Positions 46,401 to 54,751 of a stretch of DNA of 64,000 nt are shown here, piece after piece (position 1 is the stretch's first letter; the number at the start of each line of letters is the position of its first letter). Position numbers and translations under genes: made by a program. The stretch lies in NCBI GenBank assembly GCA_964355075.1, contig CAYHCF010000003.1, positions 1,861 through 65,860 of the forward strand, read 5' to 3'. The DNA is from an uncultured Chitinophaga sp. (lineage in GTDB: Bacteria > Bacteroidota > Bacteroidia > UKL13-3). The notes under the pieces are model-generated. The model did not search any database, had not been told where the DNA came from, and was given only the letters and a program-made list of their open reading frames with translations.

Positions 46401-48988
46401 TTTGTTTGTCTCAATACGCCACCAGTGGAATAAGAATCGGTATTGAAGGTTATTCTTCAGGTACGGGTCAGAATATTCTGATTGATGATATCCAGATCTA
46501 TGATGATGTTCAGGCACAGACTTTCACACCTAAAGTTTTTGCGGCCTGTTACAGTGATTCAGTAAGAGTTCTTATTACGAATTCTGATAATCGTTTTATG
46601 TACCGTGCTGCTGATTTAAGCAACTCCACATTGGCAACAAAAGCAGGGTCAAATACAAATATGAGTATCGGGTTCCCAAGCCCTAATATGGACACCCTGC
46701 GGTTCTTCATTGAAGCAATAAATTCAACTTCAATTTCTAAAAATACCGGCTTTGGCGGAGGTACTGTAACTTGCAGCAACATCATGCAAGATACCGTTAC
46801 TGCTTATATTAACAGGTACTATAATGGTCCGTTCATTACTGCCGGTACTCCGTTTAATGGCACCTATAATATTGGAACCACCAATAATCCTGATGGAGCA
46901 AAAGTAGGCGATACCATTACATATAGATTTGTTCCTCCTTCCATTTATTTGAATTCAAATTATGGATCTTTATGGTCGATTCCTACTATTACTGCTTATG
47001 TATTAACTACAGGTGTACCTTATACGAACTTTAGTTTTGTGGCTCCATCAGGTTTAAACTCAGGTTATATCAGGTTAATTGCCCCATCTAATATGTTTGA
47101 CAGTTCAATCGTATTCACCTTCAGATTAAGAATAAATGCTTCTTCCTGCGATACCGTATTCAACCGTGTATTGAGGGTTACCAATCCACCGATTGCGAAT
47201 TTCTCCTATACTCCGGCCACAAATTTGTGTGCAACCAATGATATCGTATTTAATGCATTGTCTTCCACCAAACCGGCCAATAACTATCCGTTCTTGTTTA
47301 CCTGGTTCTTTGGAGATGGTACGCAGGCATTTGTTGAAAATCCTACTAAACAATACGCAGCAGCCGGAACGTATACGGTAAGGTTTGTTTTAACCGACCG
47401 TTATGGATTATCCTCAGAAAAGGTTTCGGTAATTACCGTATTGCCTTCACCTGTTGTTAATTTCACTTATATCACACCATGCGCCACAGATTCAACTGTG
47501 TTTACACCAAACACACAGCCTGCAGGTTCAACATTCTTATGGAATATGCCAAAAAATACGACTCAAACCCGTCAAGTTGCCAAATACAATTTCCCTAAGT
47601 TTGATACTGCGTACAATGTTACTTTAACCGTTACCAACACGAGTGGCTGTTATGCTTCAATTACTAAAAATCTTTTTGTATTTGCAAAACCAAAAGCAGG
47701 ATTTACTACAGCTCCTCATTGTCTGGGATTGAATGTTCCTATTGTAGACACCAGTTCAATTCCTTCCGGTAATTTTGGAGTTTCCTGGGATTGGGGTAAT
47801 GGACAAATAAGTCTGGGCCTTCAGCCAACCTATAAATATCCTGCCAGTGGAACCTTTAATGCAAAAATAATCGTAACTTCAAGCTTTGGTTGTATTGATA
47901 CCATGGTAAAAACAGTTACGGTTTACGATCGGCCATTTGTTGGATATACGGTTGTTAATCCTTGCGTGGGCGATGGAGATATGACAACATTTACCAATAA
48001 TTCAACCTTCGTTGGTGGTGCGCTTAACCTTGATTATACATGGAATTTTGGCGACAATAGCGGTACCTTTACAACATTCAGTCCTTCACACTTGTATTCG
48101 GCTACTACCCCAAGGCAGGTAAGTTTATTGGCCGTTGACAAAGTACATGGTTGCCGCGATTCATTAACAAAAAATGTTAATTTATTCTATAAACCTTATG
48201 CGCAATTCTCTACCGCTCCCGGAACCAGTATATGTCAGAATAATGAGCTAAAGGTGGTAAATACTTCCTATACCATTGATGCAGGTATTTTTACCTGTGC
48301 ATGGAGTTGGGGTGATGGAAATTCGGATGTTGCCTGCAGTGTAAACCATACCTACACAGTTGCCGGCTCAAATAGTATCAAATTAACGATCACAACTGTT
48401 GATGGTTGTATGGATACCGCTACACAAGGAATGCAGGTTGTACAAGGTCCGGTTTTAACCATTGATACAACTTATATCAACATTCAAAATTATCCTTATG
48501 GTAAAAACAATATCAGATTTACTTCTTCCATTAAAGGGGGTACTTATATCTGGAATATGGGGGATATTAATAATACTAAATTGTACAAAGATGTAGTAGA
48601 ATTTGTCTTTAATCAAAAAGGCATCTATACAGTAACATTAACTGTATTGGATAGCAATGGATGTACAGTTGTTAAAACAATTACCGTTGATGTTTGTTGT
48701 TCAGTTGGTGTTCAGGAGCAATTGGCTAATCATTTTAACCTAACAGCTTATCCGAATCCATTTGCACATACTGCCAACGTTGGTTTTGAAATTGATAAAG
48801 CCTCACAGGTGAAAATCAGTGTATTGGATATGCTTGGCAGAGTGATTAAAGTTAATGACTTAGGTAAATTGCAAAGTGGTAAACAAACGTATCAACTGGA
48901 TGAAAACAACTTTGGAGCCTCGGGATCATATGTTGTGAAAGTTGAAATTGATGGCGTAAGCATTTACAAACCGTTGATCAGACAATAG
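40451..48988 (+). CDS. Giant T9SS-secreted surface protein (2845 aa). It has long right-handed beta-helix (pectate-lyase-like) repeat regions, a MAM-like domain, at least five PKD domains and a type-A T9SS C-terminal domain.
   Basis: Recurrent ..N..I.GN...G...-type beta-helix repeats. PKD signatures (..FTWFFGDGTQAFVENPTKQYAAAGTYTVRFVLTD.., ..WDWGNGQIS..YKYPASGTFNAKIIV..). A MAM-like segment (..WEIGAMGSIS..ILIDDIQIYD). C-terminus ..LTAYPNPFAHTANVGFEI..ISVLDMLGRVI..GSYVVKVEIDG... Confidence 0.8.
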   Translation: MKYNYKLQVVRFVFLLSLIGLLTIENARSQGLLTNTTYIVNGANDYAAPVDTFANLTGSATGPAYGAISYLNLNGMAASQTTVGPVTILLSAGYNSVEPSTINIGNSTGNGGWPNMYWNANSPIVLKPAPGQNFTISSSTVVGANLALVRFNAAWYFTIDGSNDGTPGQRNLTFNIGASSNQGSSRVIDIIPTSGQRIQSVGVKNCVLVGNSTATTANTYAGVYFGGIGAGSSVALAKNINITVTGNLIMAVQYGIYFRGLANAINNQDKNITISDNIIGDYVNPINPANTAFIGGANAAGIYVNTVANAVIDNNIIRNTVGTCPTFIGIFLNNQGGTPGLALDSNIQVTRNRIYNLNNTSSGGITGIRINLGSHTNHLRLLLANNSISKLSAINAQNVLAGFAYPIGILVEDASTLVGLEVFYNSINLTGATLPANAFSACFATSASTLGGIIMMNNSFANSMSRLPNNTIAYTNYNVLITGTVNPFRYTGFNNYYTTTFGGGNAYVGRAKNLDYTSLKGLNLFTSSDTASLTNLPPFKNDSDLTVNTGYSHATWNRAANLEQFYMFYPSVFDSIRFKVNYDINGTIRNNMGRFSAMGCHLWAGDSTNNNVALIAPRTFAINGYTSRPTALNLNGSFATLAEAIDYVNHYGVGGSGLVNLELQPGYNGETAFMPGFIDYPGTNIGRPVNITAQIGFTTTISTPNVPAVNNNSVIRFMGASNVIIDGGSNNRLTIAMPDTNTNNISRVIGITPVDTFSSNITIKNCNIIGNSKPIGASVTNPNTAMGIYVGNPTTAGTPLVALKTFMNNLSFIGNNIFAVRSGIVIMVPGASTATVIKSNIIGGSIPPGTAQRTTYIGGAANQTGILVRGLNNCNIDSNVIRNCISTTALSNGFVGIQIDETGQPITGIFASVTASRNFIYNLATDNGTFCAGIRVYLTAAATPRDINLINNFIGKIVGQGSGLNFSNQNPVGILLDAAGLLTTPGISLAHNTINLTGSGLLNGVSSSAALFVNTNIQGGVAIDNNIFGNRLSRANAAGNRYAVLVGHNASPFTAANSLPFATNNNNYFCEGNFSNFVGANTNGTVNRANINDWRLFTTTAPGPAGSDGNSFNWVNTFKTDTTPDVDLLYAGLVPGGASIVTGICFDIYGNARFYCPGGSTSVTRWVGAAEVGFPYPSLQGNVTYGINGINNPPSPTNPGSGTFKTVRSAVKYLNSQGVDDPFFGGLRPIRLEIQAGYVGETDTFIEPITVLDYPRQHQNRPVVLTLATGRTDTLRIVSTINPGIIANQSVFRFSGCKYFTIDGSNGSGNRDLTVMTPSAFTAGTNKVIDIISGVNTITSTVPSTTNNTVKNCNIIGTSTISTNLNFAGVYMGGVTTPSNSLLGFNNNNSIQNNFIGAVQYGVYLRGATARADMDNSSFVSGNTIGGNNAPNVSGVTNYFGGINNAAGVFLMGQSNATVTGNTIKNNINTYLAPRGIELATIAGQYTGLDSVVRISSNIIDNIRTVSTGGAYGIYVNFGGDISNVNRGIIISNNMISGISSQGNTSTGTTFGANPYGVYLDATVNMGTITNQTVGVSLLFNSINLGVGTNLAVGNSLSACFGMPTFIRSGVVSYNNIFQNRLGGTATSTAYAVAVGGAGNPFVLSDNNDYYTAASAPTVAANFGSNVSTTPVLYNQWYEILSFTKQDTLSITSQAPFTSDNNLFIPASTSSNLYQSGKPLAGYGVDITGAGRNVFQPTIGAHEFSGSYNDNIPPRIFNVSDVTACTAGPIYIYFNIYDKQLIGDSLYYRINSGAVQNVQASFSSGTFRRYTIPAQASGTLIEYRVTAYDYPTPPNTGVYPTGKVWDTLSTGITVYPYTNSFEGVNNPIWNTLPLSGNALWEIGAMGSISSPPLGARTGIRNCLFRSSTMPVGASARLVSPCLDLTNMISPTLRFWISQNSDLPAKKDSIAVTISAGGNYWTNPLRIVQRVNDNFSLPGWAMVEVCLSQYATSGIRIGIEGYSSGTGQNILIDDIQIYDDVQAQTFTPKVFAACYSDSVRVLITNSDNRFMYRAADLSNSTLATKAGSNTNMSIGFPSPNMDTLRFFIEAINSTSISKNTGFGGGTVTCSNIMQDTVTAYINRYYNGPFITAGTPFNGTYNIGTTNNPDGAKVGDTITYRFVPPSIYLNSNYGSLWSIPTITAYVLTTGVPYTNFSFVAPSGLNSGYIRLIAPSNMFDSSIVFTFRLRINASSCDTVFNRVLRVTNPPIANFSYTPATNLCATNDIVFNALSSTKPANNYPFLFTWFFGDGTQAFVENPTKQYAAAGTYTVRFVLTDRYGLSSEKVSVITVLPSPVVNFTYITPCATDSTVFTPNTQPAGSTFLWNMPKNTTQTRQVAKYNFPKFDTAYNVTLTVTNTSGCYASITKNLFVFAKPKAGFTTAPHCLGLNVPIVDTSSIPSGNFGVSWDWGNGQISLGLQPTYKYPASGTFNAKIIVTSSFGCIDTMVKTVTVYDRPFVGYTVVNPCVGDGDMTTFTNNSTFVGGALNLDYTWNFGDNSGTFTTFSPSHLYSATTPRQVSLLAVDKVHGCRDSLTKNVNLFYKPYAQFSTAPGTSICQNNELKVVNTSYTIDAGIFTCAWSWGDGNSDVACSVNHTYTVAGSNSIKLTITTVDGCMDTATQGMQVVQGPVLTIDTTYINIQNYPYGKNNIRFTSSIKGGTYIWNMGDINNTKLYKDVVEFVFNQKGIYTVTLTVLDSNGCTVVKTITVDVCCSVGVQEQLANHFNLTAYPNPFAHTANVGFEIDKASQVKISVLDMLGRVIKVNDLGKLQSGKQTYQLDENNFGASGSYVVKVEIDGVSIYKPLIRQ

Positions 48989-49010
48989 AAGGAATTTATT
49001 CTTCTTTATA

Positions 49011-49048
49011 AAAAGAGCCGCTCCTTTAAAAAGGGCGGCTCTTTTGTT
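49011..49048 (+). terminator. Intrinsic terminator after the giant T9SS protein gene.
   Basis: Hairpin agagccgctcc-tttaaaaa-gggcggctct followed by tttgtttg. Confidence 0.75.
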
Positions 49049-49137
49049 TGTAATGAATTTCCATTTAATATTCAATGTCGTTTAGTTAACGCTTTTGAGT
49101 AGGTAGTTAACCTTGGCAACACCATTTGAGGATCCTT

Positions 49138-49280
49138 CGGCAAGCTCAGGATGACACGCTAGCCAGTTATATTTGGTAATGATTTTGGCGAGAGAATTTT
49201 TTGCTATGCAAAAAATTCTCTCGCCAAAATCACTACTTCACATGAATTACGAGATGTCATCCTGAGCCTGTCGAAGGATA
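49138..49280. repeat. Nested palindromic REP-like element. Inverted copies of GTCATCCTGAGC flank a perfect 22-bp-arm hairpin.
   Basis: gctcaggatgac (49145-49156) and gtcatcctgagcctgtcgaagga (49256-49278) are inverted. Between them, ttttggcgagagaattttttgc-ta-gcaaaaaattctctcgccaaaa is a perfect palindrome. Confidence 0.7.
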
Positions 49281-49363
49281 GTGGTGAAAGCATATCCTGG
49301 TACGATTTTTTGTTAATTGCAATAAAAAAGCGATTCCCATTTGTTGTGTGTGTCAATCCCATC

Positions 49364-49384
49364 TCTCATTTCTCATTTCTCATT
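49364..49384. repeat. Heptamer microsatellite (tctcatt) x3 flanked by cccatc motifs.
   Basis: The sequence cccatc tctcatt tctcatt tctcatt tcccatct is read directly. Confidence 0.7.
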
Positions 49385-49396
49385 TCCCATCTATTT

Positions 49397-49436
49397 GTCA
49401 CCCTGAGCTTAGCTTGTCCTGAGCTTGTCGAAGGGA
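49397..49436 (+). repeat. Two tandem degenerate copies of the REP-like motif (gtcaccctgagcttagc + ttgtcctgagcttgtcgaaggga).
   Basis: Direct reading. Same family as the copies at 14473, 49145 and 49256. Confidence 0.65.
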
Positions 49437-49453
49437 AGGGTCACATCTCTCCT

Positions 49454-50848
49454 TTACAAGTTCCCAACCATATTCCCGGGAACAACCCATTGGTCAAATT
49501 GTTCGTTGGTAACTAAGCCCAATTCAATAGATGCTTCTCTTAAAGTTTTGTTTTCTTTATGCGCTTTCTTTGCAATTTTAGCGGCATTTTCGTAGCCAAT
49601 ATGTGTGTTTAGCGCCGTTACCAACATCAACGAATTTTCCAGGTGTCGTTTGATAATTTCATGGTTAGGTACGATCCCTATGGCACATTTGTCGTTAAAG
49701 GATACACATACGTCCCCGATTAACCTGGCACTTTGCAGCACATTGGCCGCAATTAAGGGTTTAAATACATTTAATTCAAAATGTCCGTTGGTTCCGCCAA
49801 TGCTCACCGCAACATCATTGCCAATAACCTGGGCAGCCACCATGGTCATAGCTTCCGGTTGTGTTGGATTAACTTTTCCCGGCATAATAGACGAACCGGG
49901 CTCATTATCCGGAATAACAATTTCTCCGATACCACTTCTGGGTCCGGATGAAAGCATACGGATATCATTGGCAATTTTCATCATGCTTACTGCCACACGT
50001 TTTAAGGCTCCACTTAATTCTACCATCGCATCATGTGCGGCAAGGGCTTCAAATTTGTTCGGGGCAGTTACAAAGGGTAATCCGGTAAAATGCGAAATTT
50101 TTTCGGCAACCAAAACATCATAGCCTTTTGGAGCATTTAATCCGGTACCAACAGCAGTACCACCCAAAGCCAGTTCGCCAACCATTTCCAAAGCGTTTTT
50201 TAATGCCCTGATTCCATTATCTAATTGTTGAACATATCCACTGAATTCCTGGCCAAGCGTTAAGGGAGTTGCATCCATAAAGTGAGTGCGACCCGTTTTA
50301 ACGATAGTTTTGAATTCTTCAACTTTCAAAGCCAATGTTGAACGCAGCTTCTGAATGCCCGGAATGGTATTTTCAACAACCAGTTTATATGCTGCTATGT
50401 GCATGGCTGTTGGATAAGTATCATTGCTGGATTGAGATTTGTTTACATCATCATTGGGATGAAGGATTTTCTTTTCATCTGCCAGGTTTCCTCCACTTAC
50501 CACATGAGCCCGGTAGGCAACCACTTCATTTACATTCATATTGCTTTGGGTTCCTGAACCGGTTTGCCAGATAACCAATGGAAATTCACTATCCAGCGTC
50601 CCTGTTAGAATTTCCTCACAAACTTTACTGATCAATTCGCATTTTTCTTTGGATAATACGCCTAAATCCATATTTGCATGTGCGGCTGCTTTTTTAAGAT
50701 AGGCAAATGCATAAATTATTTCTTTAGGCATGCTTCCTTCCGGGCCGATTTTGAAATTGTTTCTCGACCTTTCTGTCTGGGCTCCCCAATATCGGTCGGC
50801 GGGAACTTTTACCTCGCCCATGGTGTCATGTTCAATTCTGTATTGCAT
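49454..50848 (-). CDS. fumC: Class II fumarate hydratase. Start set at [13 protein letters not shown]. An ATG 21 nt upstream is an alternative.
   Basis: [19 protein letters not shown] is the fumarase/aspartase signature. Full-length FumC similarity. Confidence 0.9.
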   Translation of the reverse strand: MQYRIEHDTMGEVKVPADRYWGAQTERSRNNFKIGPEGSMPKEIIYAFAYLKKAAAHANMDLGVLSKEKCELISKVCEEILTGTLDSEFPLVIWQTGSGTQSNMNVNEVVAYRAHVVSGGNLADEKKILHPNDDVNKSQSSNDTYPTAMHIAAYKLVVENTIPGIQKLRSTLALKVEEFKTIVKTGRTHFMDATPLTLGQEFSGYVQQLDNGIRALKNALEMVGELALGGTAVGTGLNAPKGYDVLVAEKISHFTGLPFVTAPNKFEALAAHDAMVELSGALKRVAVSMMKIANDIRMLSSGPRSGIGEIVIPDNEPGSSIMPGKVNPTQPEAMTMVAAQVIGNDVAVSIGGTNGHFELNVFKPLIAANVLQSARLIGDVCVSFNDKCAIGIVPNHEIIKRHLENSLMLVTALNTHIGYENAAKIAKKAHKENKTLREASIELGLVTNEQFDQWVVPGNMVGNL

Positions 50849-51054
50849 AATTTTAAAATTAAGGGGCAAAAATAACAGAATACAATGGGCTTTATATAAA
50901 TTTTTAATTGATTTTAAGCAGTTTATGCCTGATGATTAAATTATTCTGAAAAAAACCGGTTAAACATGACTCAGACTTCACAATTTCAAAAATCTTTTAT
51001 TTTCAGTTAGTAATTTTATCAGCAATTAAATACCTTTATAAAAATTTTTAATTT

Positions 51055-51414
51055 ATGAGTACAGCGATAGCCCAAAACTTGCTTTTTACTGAACACATCT
51101 TATGGATAAAAAATCTTGATCAGGTAAAAATAGAGTTTAAAGAATTACAATCCCGGCTTGAAAAAGCCTTACCTAATTTTCAATCGCAGCCTATTTTGGC
51201 AAGGGTTGAACAGTTTCAAAATCGTTTTATCCGGCAACGGGAAGTGGTGGATGAACTGAGACATGAAATTAAACAACACGAGAATCACCTCGAACGATTG
51301 GATGAGCCTACTCATGTTTTATTAATGAACCACGTTACACTTAGAGCGCAATACAATCGTTTTTACGAATTGTTTATTGAAATGGAGCGGGATTTTGATG
51401 AGTTCCTGGCTTAG
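51055..51414 (+). CDS. Hypothetical small coiled-coil protein (119 aa).
   Basis: ATG-initiated ORF in an otherwise empty 560-bp gap. Heptad-like charged composition. No recognisable family. Confidence 0.35.
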   Translation: MSTAIAQNLLFTEHILWIKNLDQVKIEFKELQSRLEKALPNFQSQPILARVEQFQNRFIRQREVVDELRHEIKQHENHLERLDEPTHVLLMNHVTLRAQYNRFYELFIEMERDFDEFLA

Positions 51415-51431
51415 AAGCTGTCTAGAAATAA

Positions 51432-54400
51432 TCAATCCTGATCTTCAATTTGCGATTCAAAATCGCCCATTGAATTGACTTTGTTCGCATAATAATTTCT
51501 CGTAAAATTACACCAGACACAATCTTCTTTTTCACAGCCTTTGGTAAATTCTTTATTCATTATTTTGGTGTAAACGTTCCCTATTTGTTCTTTTACAATT
51601 AGAACATCCTCAGGTGTTATTTGAATTCTTTCTTTGTGAAAACCAGCAATCTCTTTCTGGTTTACATCCGATTTGATAATAGGTTCAATAAAATCAAATT
51701 CGCTGCTTTTCATTTCCCATTTTTTGGTTTGGTCATAATCCATCAGAATTTTATAGAATATCGCCTGACGCCAATAGTCTCCACCAAATTGATCCTCAAA
51801 TTTAGGATCTTTGCCTTCAGCAATTTGTTGTGAAACAGCTGATAAATCGGGTCTGTTGAATTTATTTTTGGCATTTTTATACTGCCCGGTTTTATAATCA
51901 ACCACATTTACATAGTTTCCATCAAATTCCATTTTATCGAGTTTGCCATTCAATGGAATTCCTTCCATTACCACATTTCTGTACGATTTTTCAATACTGG
52001 TAACTTTGTTCCATTCCAAAAAATAGCGTGTGTAATATTTGGGCAAAATGCTTTCCCCGTACTCTAATCTTCTTTTAAAGTCGGCTTCAACAAAACTTTC
52101 TTGGTTTCTTCTCATGTACCATTTAAAATCTTTTACGAACATTTCGGGCTCGGGAAATTGTTTATTTTCACTTGCGTTCATTTTCTTGAACAATTGCTCA
52201 AGAGCGTAATGTACCGCTGAACCAAAGGTCATGCCGGCACTTTTTGGAGATGGAACTTTAATGAAATTGTTAAAATAGAAGGCAATCGGACATTTTAAAT
52301 AGCTGTTTAAATGCGTTACACTCAGGGAATATCTTTCCAGCAGGCTATCGGTAAACGCATTGTCAATGAGTGGGTATGGAATGTTGCTTTCCTTATGGGT
52401 CCGGGTAGCCTTAAAAAAATCAATCAGGTCATTTTCATGAACAATTGCACTTTCGGTTTTAATGATTCCATCTTCACAAATTTCTGAAATAAAACGACTG
52501 GGCTCAAGCTCTTTTAAATTATTATCCTGTTTACAGTAGCTTATTTTTAAATAACGCTTTGCTCTGGTCATGGCAACGTAAAATAACCTTCTGGTTTCCT
52601 CGGTTTCATCTCCTGCTATTGAAAATAAGTTATCAGGTAATTTATAATCACGATTGGCTCTGGCTTTATCCCATTTATGGCTGTTGCAACCTATTATAAA
52701 TACGTATTCAAACTCTAAACCTTTTGCGGAATGGGTTGTTATGAAATTAACTCCCTGTTCACTGTATATGATTTTTTCAGCTGGTAAAGGAATATCATTT
52801 TCAAGCATCAGGATGAATAATTTTGTGAGACCTGACAGGTTGGTTTGTGGATTTTTACTGCATTCGCTTTTAATAAAGTCAAAAAAAGTATTCAACAATT
52901 CCATCTGCCAGAATTTATTATTTGAACTTAAGGCAGAAACTAAAAATCCACAACGGGTTAATATTGTTTGGAGTAATTCCTGTACGGTAATATTCGCAAC
53001 TTGTAGAATTAAAAATTCAATACAATTGCTAAAACGCATGAGTTCTTTTCCATAAGTGGCGTGTTCAAATAAATCAGATTGTTTTTTTTGCGCCATCAAC
53101 CTGATTTCTTCACGCCATGAGGTCTGCCTTTCGTTGAAATTCCTGCCAGATAAAAATACAGATAGTCTGGCTATTTCCAGTGTTGGAATGGAGAATTCAT
53201 CGTAATGTAAAATCTCGAACAGATAAGGTTCCCCGGAGTGTGGAATTTTCGATTCTGCATCCAGGTAATGCATCACATGAATGATTTTTTTTATAAGAGG
53301 TTCATTTAAAATGTCAACTCTTCTCCTCGAATTTACTTCAATATTTCTCGCTTTAAAATAAGAAATCATTTCCTCCGACTGGGCATGATTTTTATAAAGG
53401 ATAGCAATTTCATTCAATGGAACACCGGTTTTGTACAGGCGCTCTATTTCCTTTGCAATTGCGGTGGTTTCATGCGCAGTATTATAATATTCAACTATTT
53501 CAGGGAGGTTTATTAAATGGGCATTTAATGGATTACAGGCAATTAGTTTTTTATCGTTGGCCAACCTGATAAGATTGCGATCAATCAACTTCTTTGAGGC
53601 ATCTAAAATTTGCTGGGAGGAGCGATAATTATTCTCTAAGGTAATGATTCTGATTCGATCCTGAAACTGTTTCGTAAAGCGCTCAATGTTTTCAATATTG
53701 GCTCCCTGGAAGCGGTAGATAGATTGGTCATCGTCGCCAACAACAAATACATTTGGCTGATCCCAAAAACCAATCAATAACTGTAGTAAATCATTCTGAG
53801 AACCACTGGTATCCTGAAATTCATCAACCAGTAAATACAGAAACCGCTCCTGAAAATCCGATAATAAGCCTGCATTTTCCCGGAAGGCCTTTATCACCCA
53901 TAAAATCATATCACTGAAATCAAAACGATTGTTTAATTGAAGCTTTTGCCTGAAAGGTTCGAACAGATCAACTGCAGCAAGCAATTGTTCCATTCTTTTC
54001 AACTCATCAATTAGTTTTTCTTCATTTAAATCTCCTTTTGAATAGGTGCTTCCATCTTTTCTCTTTCCGCCACGCTTATAAATATATGCTTCTCTGGTTT
54101 TTATTTCTTCACAATAAAGTTTGGTTCTTTCTTTTAAATATTCTGCCGTCCAATCTTCTCTTTTCATGATCGAAAATAATGCAAGTAAGCGGTGAACCTC
54201 ATAATACACCTCTCCGGTATAGCGCTTTAAGATATGATTCTTTGGCAGATCATCAATGATATCTCTGAGTAATTGTATTTGTTCAAGGTCGCTCACCGGG
54301 TCTAAATTTCTGAACCCAAACACATCCAGGTTTTCTTGTATTACCATATTGCAAAAACCATGAAAGGTAGAAATGGAAACACGATAGGCATCAGGCCCGA

Positions 54401-54653
54401 TAAACTCAAGCAACCTTTTTCGCATGGCAATGGTTCCTGCATCGGTATAGGTTAAACACAGAATATTTTCGGGTGATGCATCGGTTTGCAGTAAAATATT
54501 TGCAATTCGGGCTGCGAGTATTTGCGTCTTGCCTGTACCGGGTCCGGCAATAACCATTACGGGTCCGTCAATTTGATCTACTGCCCGTTTCTGTTGCTCG
54601 TTCAGGCCATTATAAATTCCATTGTATTTTTGAAAGTACTGCTGGTTTGCCAT
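51432..54653 (-). CDS. UvrD/PcrA-family superfamily 1 helicase fused to a C-terminal PD-(D/E)XK (RecB/Cas4-like, Cys-cluster) nuclease domain. Start set at MANQQYF (an alternative ATG is at 54680).
   Basis: Walker A motif AGPGTGKTQIL, UvrD motifs (..LLVDEFQDTS.., ..TTHSAKGLEF..VFII..), and a C-terminal nuclease-like region with ..DYKTGQ.. and a four-Cys cluster (..C-X(n)-GCEKEDCVWC..). Confidence 0.8.
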   Translation of the reverse strand: MANQQYFQKYNGIYNGLNEQQKRAVDQIDGPVMVIAGPGTGKTQILAARIANILLQTDASPENILCLTYTDAGTIAMRKRLLEFIGPDAYRVSISTFHGFCNMVIQENLDVFGFRNLDPVSDLEQIQLLRDIIDDLPKNHILKRYTGEVYYEVHRLLALFSIMKREDWTAEYLKERTKLYCEEIKTREAYIYKRGGKRKDGSTYSKGDLNEEKLIDELKRMEQLLAAVDLFEPFRQKLQLNNRFDFSDMILWVIKAFRENAGLLSDFQERFLYLLVDEFQDTSGSQNDLLQLLIGFWDQPNVFVVGDDDQSIYRFQGANIENIERFTKQFQDRIRIITLENNYRSSQQILDASKKLIDRNLIRLANDKKLIACNPLNAHLINLPEIVEYYNTAHETTAIAKEIERLYKTGVPLNEIAILYKNHAQSEEMISYFKARNIEVNSRRRVDILNEPLIKKIIHVMHYLDAESKIPHSGEPYLFEILHYDEFSIPTLEIARLSVFLSGRNFNERQTSWREEIRLMAQKKQSDLFEHATYGKELMRFSNCIEFLILQVANITVQELLQTILTRCGFLVSALSSNNKFWQMELLNTFFDFIKSECSKNPQTNLSGLTKLFILMLENDIPLPAEKIIYSEQGVNFITTHSAKGLEFEYVFIIGCNSHKWDKARANRDYKLPDNLFSIAGDETEETRRLFYVAMTRAKRYLKISYCKQDNNLKELEPSRFISEICEDGIIKTESAIVHENDLIDFFKATRTHKESNIPYPLIDNAFTDSLLERYSLSVTHLNSYLKCPIAFYFNNFIKVPSPKSAGMTFGSAVHYALEQLFKKMNASENKQFPEPEMFVKDFKWYMRRNQESFVEADFKRRLEYGESILPKYYTRYFLEWNKVTSIEKSYRNVVMEGIPLNGKLDKMEFDGNYVNVVDYKTGQYKNAKNKFNRPDLSAVSQQIAEGKDPKFEDQFGGDYWRQAIFYKILMDYDQTKKWEMKSSEFDFIEPIIKSDVNQKEIAGFHKERIQITPEDVLIVKEQIGNVYTKIMNKEFTKGCEKEDCVWCNFTRNYYANKVNSMGDFESQIEDQD

Positions 54654-54751
54654 GAGGTAAAAGTAAAACTTTGAGGGCAAATAACCGTATTAATGAGAAG
54701 AACTTTCTTTGCACTTTAAATTAACAGAAAGAGAACCTGAAAAGGAGTTTT

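Noticed and set aside
49310-49516. 68-aa plus-strand ORF spanning the REP-like repeats and the fumC 3' end.
   Set aside because: It is a translation of repeat DNA ('..LSLACPELVEGKG..') and overlaps the end of fumC on the opposite strand. This is the typical spurious ORF generated by such repeats.
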